Positions 25,478-34,969 of a stretch of DNA of 64,000 bases are shown piece by piece. The stretch lies in the IMG/VR virus record IMGVR_UViG_3300037473_000391. One strand, written 5' to 3'. Within the stretch, counting starts at the first letter, position 1, and every line of letters starts with the position of its first letter. The notes beneath the pieces are model-generated. The model worked only from the letters and a program-made list of their open reading frames with translations, did no database searches and had not been told where the DNA came from. The position numbers and the translations under genes are program-made. This DNA comes from a virus.

Positions 25478-27631
25478 TTATCGATTGCCGTTTCCGGCTT
25501 GGTCGGTGACGCCAGGGACACCGTTGGGCAGGTTGCGCAACACGTGAGTCAGCGCCTTGAGAGCTTCACCGTTCTCTGCCAGTTCCTTCGCATACGCCTC
25601 GGCGCGTACGCGGGCACCTTGGTCACCGCCGGCCGCCGCCTTCTCGTTCGTCTTGAGGCGCTCGTCGAGGAAGACCTGGCGATTGATGCGTGCCCCGAAC
25701 TCGCCCGAGAGGGTCTCGCGGTCACCTGACTGCAGAATCTTGTTGATGCGCTCGTTCGCTTGGTTGTCCGCTTTTGCGCGGCGCTCTTCGGGGGTCATCT
25801 GCGGAGCCGAGTCGGGCATCAACAGACCCACTGTCGCGAGTGCCGCTGCGGTCCCGAGGCCCATGCCCAAGAACGGCACCTTCTTGGTTGCTGCGCCTCC
25901 CGGCGCAACCACTCCTCCCGGAGCCCCACCAGTTGCTAACTCAGCCAGCTTCTTGAGCAGCAGTTCATTGCTGCCCATGAACATGCGCTCAACGCCGGCT
26001 CGGAAGGCTGTTTCGAGACCCGCTTTCGCGATCGAGATTCCGATCGCGGCACCGATCGCTTCCTTGGGGTTTCTTACAACCCAGGTGGTCACCTCGCCGA
26101 GTGTGTGTCCCAGCTTCTTCAGCTCTGGGCTGACCTCTTTGAGCACTGGCAGGAAGTCGTGCAGGAAGTCGGTGGCAACCTCTTGGAACGTCGTGTTCAG
26201 GTCGTTAACCTGTGCCTCGTACCCATCAGCAACCTGAGCGATCTTTTCCTTGATCTCGTCCTCGCTCATCTGGGCCTTCTTCATCGAAGTCATGAAGTCG
26301 TCGATGGCTTTGAGTCCCGCTTCCTTGCCGGCGGCGCCACCGCCGGCCTTGTCGTAGGCGCCGCGGTAGATGTTGCCGATGCCGTTCGCCGCGCGGGCGC
26401 CCATGACGTTCGCGAAGATCTCTTTGAACTTGAGTGGGTCCCCCTGCGTGGAAACGAGTGCGTCTTTGATGAGCTCGATGGGATCGCGAACCTTGCCGCC
26501 GTCCGTGAACACTGACTTGCCGGTGATCTTCTTGAATGCTCGCGCACGCGCGCCCGTCTGAAACGTGTTCGCCAACCCCGCAACGGAAGTGGCGGCTTGC
26601 GCGGCAGAATCGGCGCCGCCGAACGATCGAGCTGCTTGCCCGATGGCACCAAGCGACTTGATTACATCGACCTTGTCGCCCGCGTACATGCCGGCGCTCG
26701 AAACGATGCGTGAGCCATACTTGGCGAGATCCTCGAGCTCGACGGCTCCTTCCTGCCCCTGGCGGGCGAACGTTCGCATCACGCCGGAGACCAACCTCTG
26801 GCGCTCGGCAGGGGCCACGCCATCATTCTTGAACTGATTGGCGAGCACGCCGGCCGTGTTAAACAACTGCCCCGCGTCCGACCCGGTCGCCACTGTGATG
26901 CGAGCGAGATCGTTCGTCGATGAGCGTGTGTCAGCGAGATCGCCAACAACCTTTTGGTATTGGCCTTGCCCCGCGAGGATATCCTCGGTCGTGATCGTGC
27001 CCTTGAGCGCGTGCGCTACCTTCATGGCGTCACGCTGAAGCTCCTCGGGCGCGATGAGCGTCCCATTTCGAGCGTCGCCTTTGATGTACCCTGAGTTCGA
27101 AAGCTTGATCGCCGCCGACTGATTCGCAATCGCCTGCTGCAGATATGTGGCAGGCGTCAGATCGAGTCCAATGCCGCGCCCAATCTCACTCGCGAAGCGC
27201 TTGCTCGCGTTGAGCCCGTGGCCGAAGCTGCGCGCCGCTTGCCACGACGTCATGCGCGCATAGCGCTGCATGGTTGCAACCTGCCGACGCTCTTCGCGGT
27301 CTCGCGCTCGACTCTCTTCGCCGAGTGACCGCATGCGAAGGTTGTGAACGAACCGCTCGGCCCGCTCCTTCTCGCGGGCGACGCGGCGCAGTTGCCGCTC
27401 TTCCTCGGTGTAGGTCTGACGAATGCGCTGCTGTTGCGCTTTGACGACACCGGCCGTCGCCTGGATTTCCTTGTTGTACGCCTGCAAACCCTTCATCGCG
27501 CGCGATGGATCCAGGAACCGGTTGAGGTCCTGACCGATGCGCGCGGCTTGGCGCCGGATACTTTCAAAGACGCGGTCGACGCTCGCCGTTTTGACGGCGC
27601 CGATCGTGATCTTGATTGCTTCGTCTGCCAT
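25478..27631 (-). CDS. tail tape measure protein
   Basis: 717 aa, helical and A/G/K/Q-rich. Located between the chaperone region and the baseplate. Confidence 0.8.
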   Translation of the reverse strand: MADEAIKITIGAVKTASVDRVFESIRRQAARIGQDLNRFLDPSRAMKGLQAYNKEIQATAGVVKAQQQRIRQTYTEEERQLRRVAREKERAERFVHNLRMRSLGEESRARDREERRQVATMQRYARMTSWQAARSFGHGLNASKRFASEIGRGIGLDLTPATYLQQAIANQSAAIKLSNSGYIKGDARNGTLIAPEELQRDAMKVAHALKGTITTEDILAGQGQYQKVVGDLADTRSSTNDLARITVATGSDAGQLFNTAGVLANQFKNDGVAPAERQRLVSGVMRTFARQGQEGAVELEDLAKYGSRIVSSAGMYAGDKVDVIKSLGAIGQAARSFGGADSAAQAATSVAGLANTFQTGARARAFKKITGKSVFTDGGKVRDPIELIKDALVSTQGDPLKFKEIFANVMGARAANGIGNIYRGAYDKAGGGAAGKEAGLKAIDDFMTSMKKAQMSEDEIKEKIAQVADGYEAQVNDLNTTFQEVATDFLHDFLPVLKEVSPELKKLGHTLGEVTTWVVRNPKEAIGAAIGISIAKAGLETAFRAGVERMFMGSNELLLKKLAELATGGAPGGVVAPGGAATKKVPFLGMGLGTAAALATVGLLMPDSAPQMTPEERRAKADNQANERINKILQSGDRETLSGEFGARINRQVFLDERLKTNEKAAAGGDQGARVRAEAYAKELAENGEALKALTHVLRNLPNGVPGVTDQAGNGNR

Positions 27632-27644
27632 GGGTTAACGAGTG

Positions 27645-28439
27645 CTAGCCGACCTTAACGAGCGATAACTGGCGACCATTCGCGCTACCGCCAGCGGGAG
27701 GCGTCGGCTTCTTCTTGGTCGCGTCCTTCATTCGCCGATTGAGCACCGAGCGCACAACCGGCTCTTGCGCAGTCGGCAGCTCCCTCCATGGCTTGCCTTT
27801 GCTGCCCCATTCGGCTGCGTCGCGCATCTCGCGATAGATATCGGAGACCGCCGCCTTGCCTGGATCCTTGGTTTCGGATGCCCATTTGCCGGTGGCAACC
27901 TCGACATCAGCAAGGTGCTTGATGTCTTTTTTGAGCTGATCGTAGCGACCCGCACTGATGCAGCCGCCAACGCCAAGCTCCGCAATCATCTGCCGACATG
28001 TGAGGACTGCTTGCCAAACCGCTACCTGCGAATCACGCAAGAGCGACATCTCAGCATGGATCGACGCCAGCGCCTGATCAGAGGCTGACTGGTGGCGCTT
28101 CATTCCAAAGTACTCAGCGAGCACCTTGGCGCACTCGCGCTGGTAGGCCACCAGCTTGTCTCGCAAGTCCTCACGCACCTTGCGCTCGTCGATGCCCGCG
28201 AGCCACATAGGCACCGAGTCAAGCGCAAGGCAGGCAGCGGAATAAGTTTTGCCATCCGGACCAGTTGTGTTGATCATCGACACAACTGCCCAGCGCTTCT
28301 TTCGAAGCTTTTGTAACTGGGAACTGAATGCCACTCCCAGGTTCTCGCAAACCCGTTTGACCGATACCCAAACCTGCTCACCTTCGCGAATCGCCTGGAT
28401 CTCGTCGCTCTGAAACCGGATGACTTCGAAATTGGACAT
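27645..28439 (-). CDS. antirepressor-like protein (P22_AR N-terminal / Ant type)
   Basis: N-terminal FQSDEIQAIREGEQVWVSVKRVCENLGVAFSSQLQKLRKK. Confidence 0.65.
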   Translation of the reverse strand: MSNFEVIRFQSDEIQAIREGEQVWVSVKRVCENLGVAFSSQLQKLRKKRWAVVSMINTTGPDGKTYSAACLALDSVPMWLAGIDERKVREDLRDKLVAYQRECAKVLAEYFGMKRHQSASDQALASIHAEMSLLRDSQVAVWQAVLTCRQMIAELGVGGCISAGRYDQLKKDIKHLADVEVATGKWASETKDPGKAAVSDIYREMRDAAEWGSKGKPWRELPTAQEPVVRSVLNRRMKDATKKKPTPPAGGSANGRQLSLVKVG

Positions 28440-28644
28440 GACTGCCTTTCCGGGCGCGCCGTGCGCCCACGAGAATTGCCCGTTCGCCCCAGCCTTCGGA
28501 AAGGTTCGGCTGGAGCCCGCACGGAGCCGGCGGACGGTCTTGGAGAGAGGGCCCCGGGCGGCTCACGCGCGGAGGGGAAGGACACGGAACTCCTCCCGGG
28601 ACCAAGGGGTTGCCTGGCGGACAGACGATGGTTAGGTTGCGGCC

Positions 28645-28974
28645 ATGAGCCTGCTGCGCCGCCTAGGAGTCGCTCTCGTGCGGGCGCTCACTCCAGGCGC
28701 CTCCTACCGGGATCCCGGCCCCGTCAGGCTGCTGGTGCAGCGGCGAGACGCCCTGGCGCACCTGCAACGCCTCCACTTCGAGCACAAGCGCTACGATCCC
28801 GACGCCAGCGACTACAACGTGATCGAGCAGCGGGTCGACTGGCTGGAGACGAAGCAGCGGTTACTCGCCAACGGCTACCCCGTCACCGACATCCACCTGC
28901 CCGATCTCGAGGAATCGGCCGGGCAGGTCGAGCGCCGTGAGGCCGCCGTCGAAGTCGAGCGCCTGCTCAACTAG
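28645..28974 (+). CDS. hypothetical protein, divergent from the antirepressor gene
   Basis: Plus-strand ORF with normal amino-acid composition. It overlaps the 3' end of the convergent gene by 8 nt. Confidence 0.4.
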   Translation: MSLLRRLGVALVRALTPGASYRDPGPVRLLVQRRDALAHLQRLHFEHKRYDPDASDYNVIEQRVDWLETKQRLLANGYPVTDIHLPDLEESAGQVERREAAVEVERLLN

Positions 28975-29506
28975 TCCGCAGGATCGAGAGCGTCTCGTTC
29001 AGGTAGCGACGCGCTTCCTCTTGGGGGCCCGTCGGCAACTCGGCGATCTCGCCCGCGCCAATGCGCTCGACCAGTTCAAGCAGGTCGTCCGCTTCAATGG
29101 GCAAATGCTGAGGTGAACGCTTGATCTCGTTCTTGACGAGTTCTTCGAACAGCCACCGTGTCCCCAGCTCCGTCAGCGCGTACCAGACCTGATGGTCGGG
29201 GGCCTGCAGGATGTCGCTCGCCTTGTTGACGTCGTTGGGGTCACAGAGGCCACGCGCCACGTAGAGACGCATGAGCGCGAGATTGTAGCATTCGAGCCAG
29301 TTGCCCGACTCAGTTGCGTCGCCGTCCGCGTACTCCTTGGCGCGACGTCGAATGTCGATGCGGTCCCGCGCCGAAATGAGACGAAGCCCCAGGAGCACGG
29401 GCTCGCTGGGGCGCGACTCCCAGGTCGAGGCGAACACGTCGGGGGGCGTTAACACGCAGCCCGGCGCCTCCCGCGGGAGAGACGATTGCTGTTCCGTGAG
29501 CTTCAC
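28967..29506 (-). CDS. hypothetical tail-module protein (chaperone region)
   Basis: The GTG start overlaps a TGA in another frame (GTGA at 29506-29503). Confidence 0.5.
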   Translation of the reverse strand: MKLTEQQSSLPREAPGCVLTPPDVFASTWESRPSEPVLLGLRLISARDRIDIRRRAKEYADGDATESGNWLECYNLALMRLYVARGLCDPNDVNKASDILQAPDHQVWYALTELGTRWLFEELVKNEIKRSPQHLPIEADDLLELVERIGAGEIAELPTGPQEEARRYLNETLSILRTS

Positions 29507-29576
29507 GGTTTTGCAGGCATCAGAGTGGATTGGAAGAGGTCGGCGAGAAACGCCTTCTTGTCGTTATTGGCGCCCT

Positions 29577-30176
29577 TTACACAGGCGCTGAAGGTGTCGT
29601 TGGCGTGGAGCCAGCACTCGACTCGGAGGCGGAGGAACTCAGCCACGTCGCGATCGTCGAGCTGCGAAGCTGGGCGGCCAAAGAAGCCGTGAAGGCCACT
29701 AGCGTGCGCCGCCGCATACGCTCTAAAGGGCGGAGGTCGCCGCCACCCGCCTTCATGACCGTCGTGAGGAAAGTCTCACCCTTCAGGTCCTCGGGGCGGA
29801 TCGCGTGCTCTTCTTCGAAGGCGCGGTAGGCCTCAAAGAGTAACGCCAGATTCTCTTGACCGATCGAGCGGTCATCGCGCAACTGCGCGGCGGTCGCCCA
29901 CGGTTCGAAGGATCCGTCGGGGCCGTCGATGTCGAACGTACACGCCGCCACGGTCTCGACGTAGAGCTCGAGCTCGCAGATGGGATCGTCTTGGTCCCAC
30001 ACCTCCGAACCGAGCTCACGCGCCGCGCGCTTGGCGCGTTGGTAGACGCCAGCCGCTTCCGTGGCGCTCAGTAACCTGATGCCCACTTGGCTGGCCGTCG
30101 CGCTACCCGCGAGCGTGATGTCGATCGTGCGCGTCGGTATCGATGACGCTGCCGTGAGGGTCGCGAGCTTGGCCAA
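29577..30176 (-). CDS. putative tail assembly chaperone, 0 frame
   Basis: Located between the tube and tape measure genes. Possible TTG start at 30176; the start is uncertain. The part after 29724 may not be translated in this frame. Confidence 0.45.
   Translation of the reverse strand: MAKLATLTAASSIPTRTIDITLAGSATASQVGIRLLSATEAAGVYQRAKRAARELGSEVWDQDDPICELELYVETVAACTFDIDGPDGSFEPWATAAQLRDDRSIGQENLALLFEAYRAFEEEHAIRPEDLKGETFLTTVMKAGGGDLRPLERMRRRTLVAFTASLAAQLRSSTIATWLSSSASESSAGSTPTTPSAPV
29724..29730 (-). other. candidate -1 slippery heptamer C_CCT_TTA
   Basis: It is in exact X_XXY_YYZ register with the 0 frame. The -1 frame stays open down to the TGA at 29505-29503. Confidence 0.4.
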
Positions 30177-30177
30177 A

Positions 30178-30552
30178 TCAGACGGCCGTGGGGACGCCCA
30201 TGATGTCGAACTCGATCGCGAGGGTGAGATCACCGCTCGCCGACTCGGTCGTGACGTCCAGGGAATTGATGATGCAGTTGGCCTGCTCGGCCTTCGTGCC
30301 AATCGTCCCCATGATGACTTGCACGATCTCGTTGTTCTCCCACGCGGACCTGACGGTTGCGTAGAGGTCACGGCCGCGCACGACCAAACAGGTGGACGAG
30401 AGCGTTCCCGTTTTGGCCCCGACTTTCAAGACGGGTCCCGCAGACGTCTGCTCGATGGCGTTTCCGCTGTTGAGCTTGAGCGACGCCTGCTTCATGTCGC
30501 CCATCATGCGGGACTTCAGGTAAAGTGAAGCCGCAACGACTTTATCAGCCAT
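30178..30552 (-). CDS. tail tube protein
   Basis: 124 aa, immediately downstream of the sheath gene. Confidence 0.65.
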   Translation of the reverse strand: MADKVVAASLYLKSRMMGDMKQASLKLNSGNAIEQTSAGPVLKVGAKTGTLSSTCLVVRGRDLYATVRSAWENNEIVQVIMGTIGTKAEQANCIINSLDVTTESASGDLTLAIEFDIMGVPTAV

Positions 30553-30558
30553 TGGCTA

Positions 30559-32073
30559 TCAGCTCGCGATCTGTCGGACTACCGACATGACAGAGTGGTT
30601 CTGCGCCGTGATCCGCGACGGGATGTTCACGACGATGCACTTGAGCGTCGCGTTGTACTCGGCGAGCACGGGGTTATCGTCGACGTAGGAGACGAGGTTC
30701 TGGGCCTCGAACTCCTTCAGGCGTGCAGTCTGGCGGGTTATCACTAGCTTGGGCGTGGACTTGCCGGGTGGTGGCAGATCGCCGCTTGGCGCATCGGGCC
30801 CGCAGTAGGGGTTGGCAACGCTGTGCTCGGTGAGCCACCAGTTGTCGAACTCTTCGCGGATGCGTTGCGGCGTAACGGCCGCGCCCGTGTCGAGGACGCT
30901 GTAGTCCGGGTAACCCGTCGCCGCGTCTTTGCAGCGCGTCGTGATTGACCTGCACACGCAAGCCGCGTTGCCGCGCGTGATGATGGGGGTGAGCCCACGA
31001 TTGAGCGCGTCGTCCGTGACGGTAGTGCTCGGGCTAAACTCCTGCTTGAAGTGCGGGGGGATGCCGAGCAGCTGGACGTTGTCGTAGCGGGCGTTCGGAT
31101 TGCCGAGGTCGGTTACGGGCGCCGCTTCCGTTACGGCGCGCAAGGCGCCCATGGCGGCCGCGAGCTTCGACGGGTGAACACGCCCATACATCCACACGCC
31201 TTGGCAGAAGACGTTATTGATGGTCGTGTCCGTGATGGTCGCGGAAGCACTCTCCGTGTCGGCAAACCCGAAGATCGGATTCTCGGTGCCAGCGCCAAAC
31301 GCACCCGCCTTGGAGGTCGCTTGCGCGGCAATGTCGTCGACGTTCGCGGTCGAATTGTCCGCCCACGCGGTGTAGTCGTATTTCGTGCCGACGGTTGCCG
31401 CGAGGAGCGTTGCGAGAATCGACGCGTCCGTGCCGGCTCCGCCACTGAATGGCACCGCGCCCGTCGTGAGCGCCGTCCCGCCTGTCGCCACAACGGTGGC
31501 TCCTGCAGGTAAACGCCGCTTGTCCAGGTAGACGAAGTGGTCGTTGCCGCGGATGCCCTTGTTGTTGACGGTCAGAGTCAACACGCCCGACGAGTTCGTC
31601 GCGACGCAGAAGATGTTGTAGCGCGAGTTGATGTCGTTCTTGGCGAGCACGGCTGTCGTCGTGACGGTTCCGCCAACCAGGAACGGCACTTGGATGAGGT
31701 ACTCATCGATCCAAACGTCGCAGGAACCCGCCTTCGTCCACGAACCGCCGATCGTGATCGTGATGGTCGCTTGCGTGCCCGCAGCATTCTCGGGGACCGC
31801 GCAGTACTTGGCGCTCAGACCCGGGCGTTTGCCCGCGATCTCGATCATGCCCGCGAGTTCTGAGCCCGCGCCCACGAGACCGATTGCCTCATCGACGCTG
31901 TTGATATCGTCGATGGCGTAATCGGTGAGTGCGCTTGCCGAGCTCTTGGATCCAACGAGCAGCAAGAAGCGCTGGCGATCACCGATGCCGCTCGAGCTCT
32001 GTGCGTAGAGCACTTCCGAGCGCGCAGCGGGCGTCTTGCTCGATCCCGTGACTCCGCCGGGTAGCAGTAGCAT
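30559..32073 (-). CDS. contractile tail sheath protein
   Basis: 504 aa, positioned ahead of the tube gene (Mu gp39-like order). Confidence 0.7.
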   Translation of the reverse strand: MLLLPGGVTGSSKTPAARSEVLYAQSSSGIGDRQRFLLLVGSKSSASALTDYAIDDINSVDEAIGLVGAGSELAGMIEIAGKRPGLSAKYCAVPENAAGTQATITITIGGSWTKAGSCDVWIDEYLIQVPFLVGGTVTTTAVLAKNDINSRYNIFCVATNSSGVLTLTVNNKGIRGNDHFVYLDKRRLPAGATVVATGGTALTTGAVPFSGGAGTDASILATLLAATVGTKYDYTAWADNSTANVDDIAAQATSKAGAFGAGTENPIFGFADTESASATITDTTINNVFCQGVWMYGRVHPSKLAAAMGALRAVTEAAPVTDLGNPNARYDNVQLLGIPPHFKQEFSPSTTVTDDALNRGLTPIITRGNAACVCRSITTRCKDAATGYPDYSVLDTGAAVTPQRIREEFDNWWLTEHSVANPYCGPDAPSGDLPPPGKSTPKLVITRQTARLKEFEAQNLVSYVDDNPVLAEYNATLKCIVVNIPSRITAQNHSVMSVVRQIAS

Positions 32074-32642
32074 TAGGAGGCCTTCTCCGTGGGCTCAGCC
32101 ACGGTCCAGTCGAGAGGGGTGAGTCCGCGAGATGCACGCTTGGCCGCGATGACGGCGGGCTCAGCGAGCCACCGCGCGACCGTTTCGAGCGCTTCGAAGT
32201 CGTCGGGCGTGCACTGGTAACCCGCGAGGTTTGCGGCAACGCCGTCACCGGGGAGCAGGTCGCCGCTTTGGAGCGCCTCGATGTAGACCTTGGTCTGCGG
32301 GACTTCGACGGGATCGGCTGAGGCGAACTTCAGACAGAAGTCCGGATCGTCCGCGCGAACACCCAGGAACTCCTTGATGTGGAGGCCCTTGGGTGAACGG
32401 AGCGAGTAATCGAAGTCGCCCTCTCGGGTGACAACGCCGTTGCGCACGACGTCGAGGACACGCGTTTCGACCGTATGGGCACCCACGTACTCGGTGAGCA
32501 TCGGGTGAGCCACGCTCTTGTCCCAGCCGACCGTGCGCGCGGGATGCCCGAACTCGTCGAGTCCGTGCTTGGAGGCGTTCTTCTTGGCCACTGCCAACGG
32601 GTGAACGCCCCAGGGATTGGGGTAGACCTTCATGTTTTTCAT
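32073..32642 (-). CDS. hypothetical tail-completion-region protein
   Basis: Position only. Confidence 0.5.
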   Translation of the reverse strand: MKNMKVYPNPWGVHPLAVAKKNASKHGLDEFGHPARTVGWDKSVAHPMLTEYVGAHTVETRVLDVVRNGVVTREGDFDYSLRSPKGLHIKEFLGVRADDPDFCLKFASADPVEVPQTKVYIEALQSGDLLPGDGVAANLAGYQCTPDDFEALETVARWLAEPAVIAAKRASRGLTPLDWTVAEPTEKAS

Positions 32643-33388
32643 TGCCAGGCGGATTGCGGCAAGCGGATGGCGAGCACGTAGTCGTTCGGGTCGTGCTCGA
32701 TGCCGTCAGGCACGAGCGTTCCCGGAGCGTTCGCGACGTCCGCGTAGATCTTGTTAGGAGAGACGGGCGCGGGTTGAGCTGCGGGGTCGTAGACGACCTG
32801 CTGCTGCGCCGTTAACTTCCACTGGTAACCTTCGAACGGCGACGGGACACCTTCGAGTTGGATGGGCTGCTCGCCGCCTTGCCCGAGCTCCAGTTTCCAG
32901 AGGTCAGCAGCATCCTGCAGGGTAGGCCCGAGCGCGTCTTCGGTAGTCCACGGACTAAACGGCGTGTTGACCGCAAGTTCGATGGCCCCGTCGAGCGCGA
33001 CCCAGAACTCTGCCCAGTTCTCCGCTTTGCCTGGACCCTGCGCGGGCGGCGGCATCCACAGGAGATTCAGCTCTCGCGTGCGTAGCGAGACGCCGGCAGC
33101 GATGCGCTCGACAGCCGTGGGTGCCGTGCGGTCAACCCAGAGGAAGAGACCAGGCAGCCATTGCGACTGAAACTTGTAGCGAAACGGGTTGAACGGAACG
33201 CGCGTCTTGCAGATGGGCTCACGCGGCGCGAGCGATGCCCACGCGGCTCCGCACTGCTGCTCGATCGTGAGAGCGAAACCCTCCAGGAGAGTTCCGATCC
33301 ATGGTGCGCCAGCCGCGCCCTTGGATCTTGGCTCGAGCCCATCGGCACCGATGAGTGGCAGCGAAGTGCCGCCTAGTTTGTGCGCCAT
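32639..33388 (-). CDS. hypothetical tail-completion-region protein
   Basis: Position only. No obvious SD. Confidence 0.5.
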   Translation of the reverse strand: MAHKLGGTSLPLIGADGLEPRSKGAAGAPWIGTLLEGFALTIEQQCGAAWASLAPREPICKTRVPFNPFRYKFQSQWLPGLFLWVDRTAPTAVERIAAGVSLRTRELNLLWMPPPAQGPGKAENWAEFWVALDGAIELAVNTPFSPWTTEDALGPTLQDAADLWKLELGQGGEQPIQLEGVPSPFEGYQWKLTAQQQVVYDPAAQPAPVSPNKIYADVANAPGTLVPDGIEHDPNDYVLAIRLPQSAWQ

Positions 33389-33745
33389 GGGTTAATTGGT
33401 GGACTCGCAGGGCATCGAAACCCTGGTCCGAGACTGGTTCAGAGAACGTCGTTCACAGGCTTGTCCGGGTGTGACCCGGCGACTTGCTCTTGCGAGCGTT
33501 GGGAGCTGGTTGCCCAGCGCCTCCACCAGAGTGTTCCTTGGCAACACACAAGCTAGTTGGGCAGGGTTCACACTCCACGCAGGGCTGCCCAGTCCCGCGT
33601 GGTATGGCTCAAGCCGCTACGGGCAGAGCAGTTGCGTTGTCATTCGCAATTGGGGTTGATGCGTTGTTCAGAGCGGAAGCATCGCCGCTCGCCTGCACGT
33701 TCTACTGTTCCTGGCCCCGTCGAAACCGATTCGAGCCCAAAACTC

Positions 33746-33964
33746 TTATGCCGCCGAGAATGAGACGATCTCAGCGTCGCCGTCTTCAATGACGACTGTC
33801 AGATCAGCTTCACCGCAGATGTCCTGCAGCATCGATTCGACGCGTAGGTGACCTTCGGGAGCGTTGACTTGGAAGAGACGCGAGACGTCGCCGAGCTTTC
33901 CTGGCTCAGCAATCAGCGCGTTCATGCGCGACGCCAGCTCCGTGGCGAACTCCAGATCGGTCAT
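33746..33964 (-). CDS. hypothetical protein (72 aa)
   Basis: The ATG at 33964 is in an ATGA overlap with the upstream gene. Confidence 0.45.
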   Translation of the reverse strand: MTDLEFATELASRMNALIAEPGKLGDVSRLFQVNAPEGHLRVESMLQDICGEADLTVVIEDGDAEIVSFSAA

Positions 33965-34506
33965 GGGCTCTTCCACACGTCCTTCGAAATCTTGCGGATG
34001 CGCAGTCGCAGGGCTCGTTCGAGCTCGCGTCCCGCCTCGTGCCCCGCGGGTCGCATGAATGCGAATCCGGGAGTACCGGGGTGCCGGACCATCTTGGCGA
34101 ACACGGCTCGGCCTCCGACGTACCAGCGAAGGGCAACGCGGTGGGTTCCAATGTCGTCAATGGCGCGCCGTGATTGTCCGCGCTTGAGGGGACCGACGAA
34201 CCCGTGGCCTTCCTTGGGGCGGATGATGTGGGGCCGCGTTGGGTACTCGACGTATCGGGCGTAAGGCGCGTCATTGCGCAGCTCAGCCGTCGCGCCATTG
34301 CGATCGCTCCGCACGCGTCGCGCGTAGAGCATCGCCTTCGACGTCAGCTTACCGGTGCGCCGCTTGTGCGGGTGGTGACTGCGCGCGTAGGTTGCCCCGC
34401 GCTCTGCAGACCGCAGTGTCTCCGTCGACATCGCGGTTTCGAGCTGGCGTGCGGTTCTCGCGACCAGCTTGTCGAACTCGCGGAGGTCAACGCCAGCGAT
34501 GAACAT
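33961..34506 (-). CDS. HK97 gp10-like head-tail joining protein
   Basis: Internal ATG at 34506 (TAATG junction). Motifs TGKLTSK, APYARYVEYPTRPH and PGFAFMRPA. Confidence 0.6.
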   Translation of the reverse strand: MFIAGVDLREFDKLVARTARQLETAMSTETLRSAERGATYARSHHPHKRRTGKLTSKAMLYARRVRSDRNGATAELRNDAPYARYVEYPTRPHIIRPKEGHGFVGPLKRGQSRRAIDDIGTHRVALRWYVGGRAVFAKMVRHPGTPGFAFMRPAGHEAGRELERALRLRIRKISKDVWKSP

Positions 34507-34961
34507 TAGAAGGAGCCGAAACCGCAGCCCCAGACTCGAGGATTGGCTATGGATGCGACGAGTGTCGCCTGAGCGTTCTTTGGTGGCTCCGGTGCGCCAT
34601 CGGTGTCGAGCCCCCGCTTGGCGAGCCGCAACTCTTTCAAGTCGCTGTCCGCTTGCTTCATGAGCGCGACCCAATCACGCTGCATGACCTCAGGGTAGCG
34701 CTGCGCCAACATGGCTACGGCCTGGTCGAGCGTGACGCGGACGAGTTCCTCGGGCATTTGCTCCGAGGCCATCGCCTTGATCTCGTCGACCGGGTAGTTG
34801 CCGCGGATGCCCCCCAAGACCTTCGAGCTCGCATCCTTCAGGATACGGCTGACGGCTTCAGGATCGGCTTCGCCGACGTTGTCGTCATCAAGCACACGCT
34901 GCACCGTGACCCTGCCGACGCGCGCTTCGAGTTGCGCTTGTTCGATCAGTGGATACGGCAC
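34506..34961 (-). CDS. head-tail connector (Mu gp36 / DUF1320-like)
   Basis: The pattern AQLEARVG...VQRVLDDD...DASSKVLGGIRGNYPV fits my recollection of DUF1320. Confidence 0.6.
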   Translation of the reverse strand: MPYPLIEQAQLEARVGRVTVQRVLDDDNVGEADPEAVSRILKDASSKVLGGIRGNYPVDEIKAMASEQMPEELVRVTLDQAVAMLAQRYPEVMQRDWVALMKQADSDLKELRLAKRGLDTDGAPEPPKNAQATLVASIANPRVWGCGFGSF

Positions 34962-34969
34962 AGCGTTTC

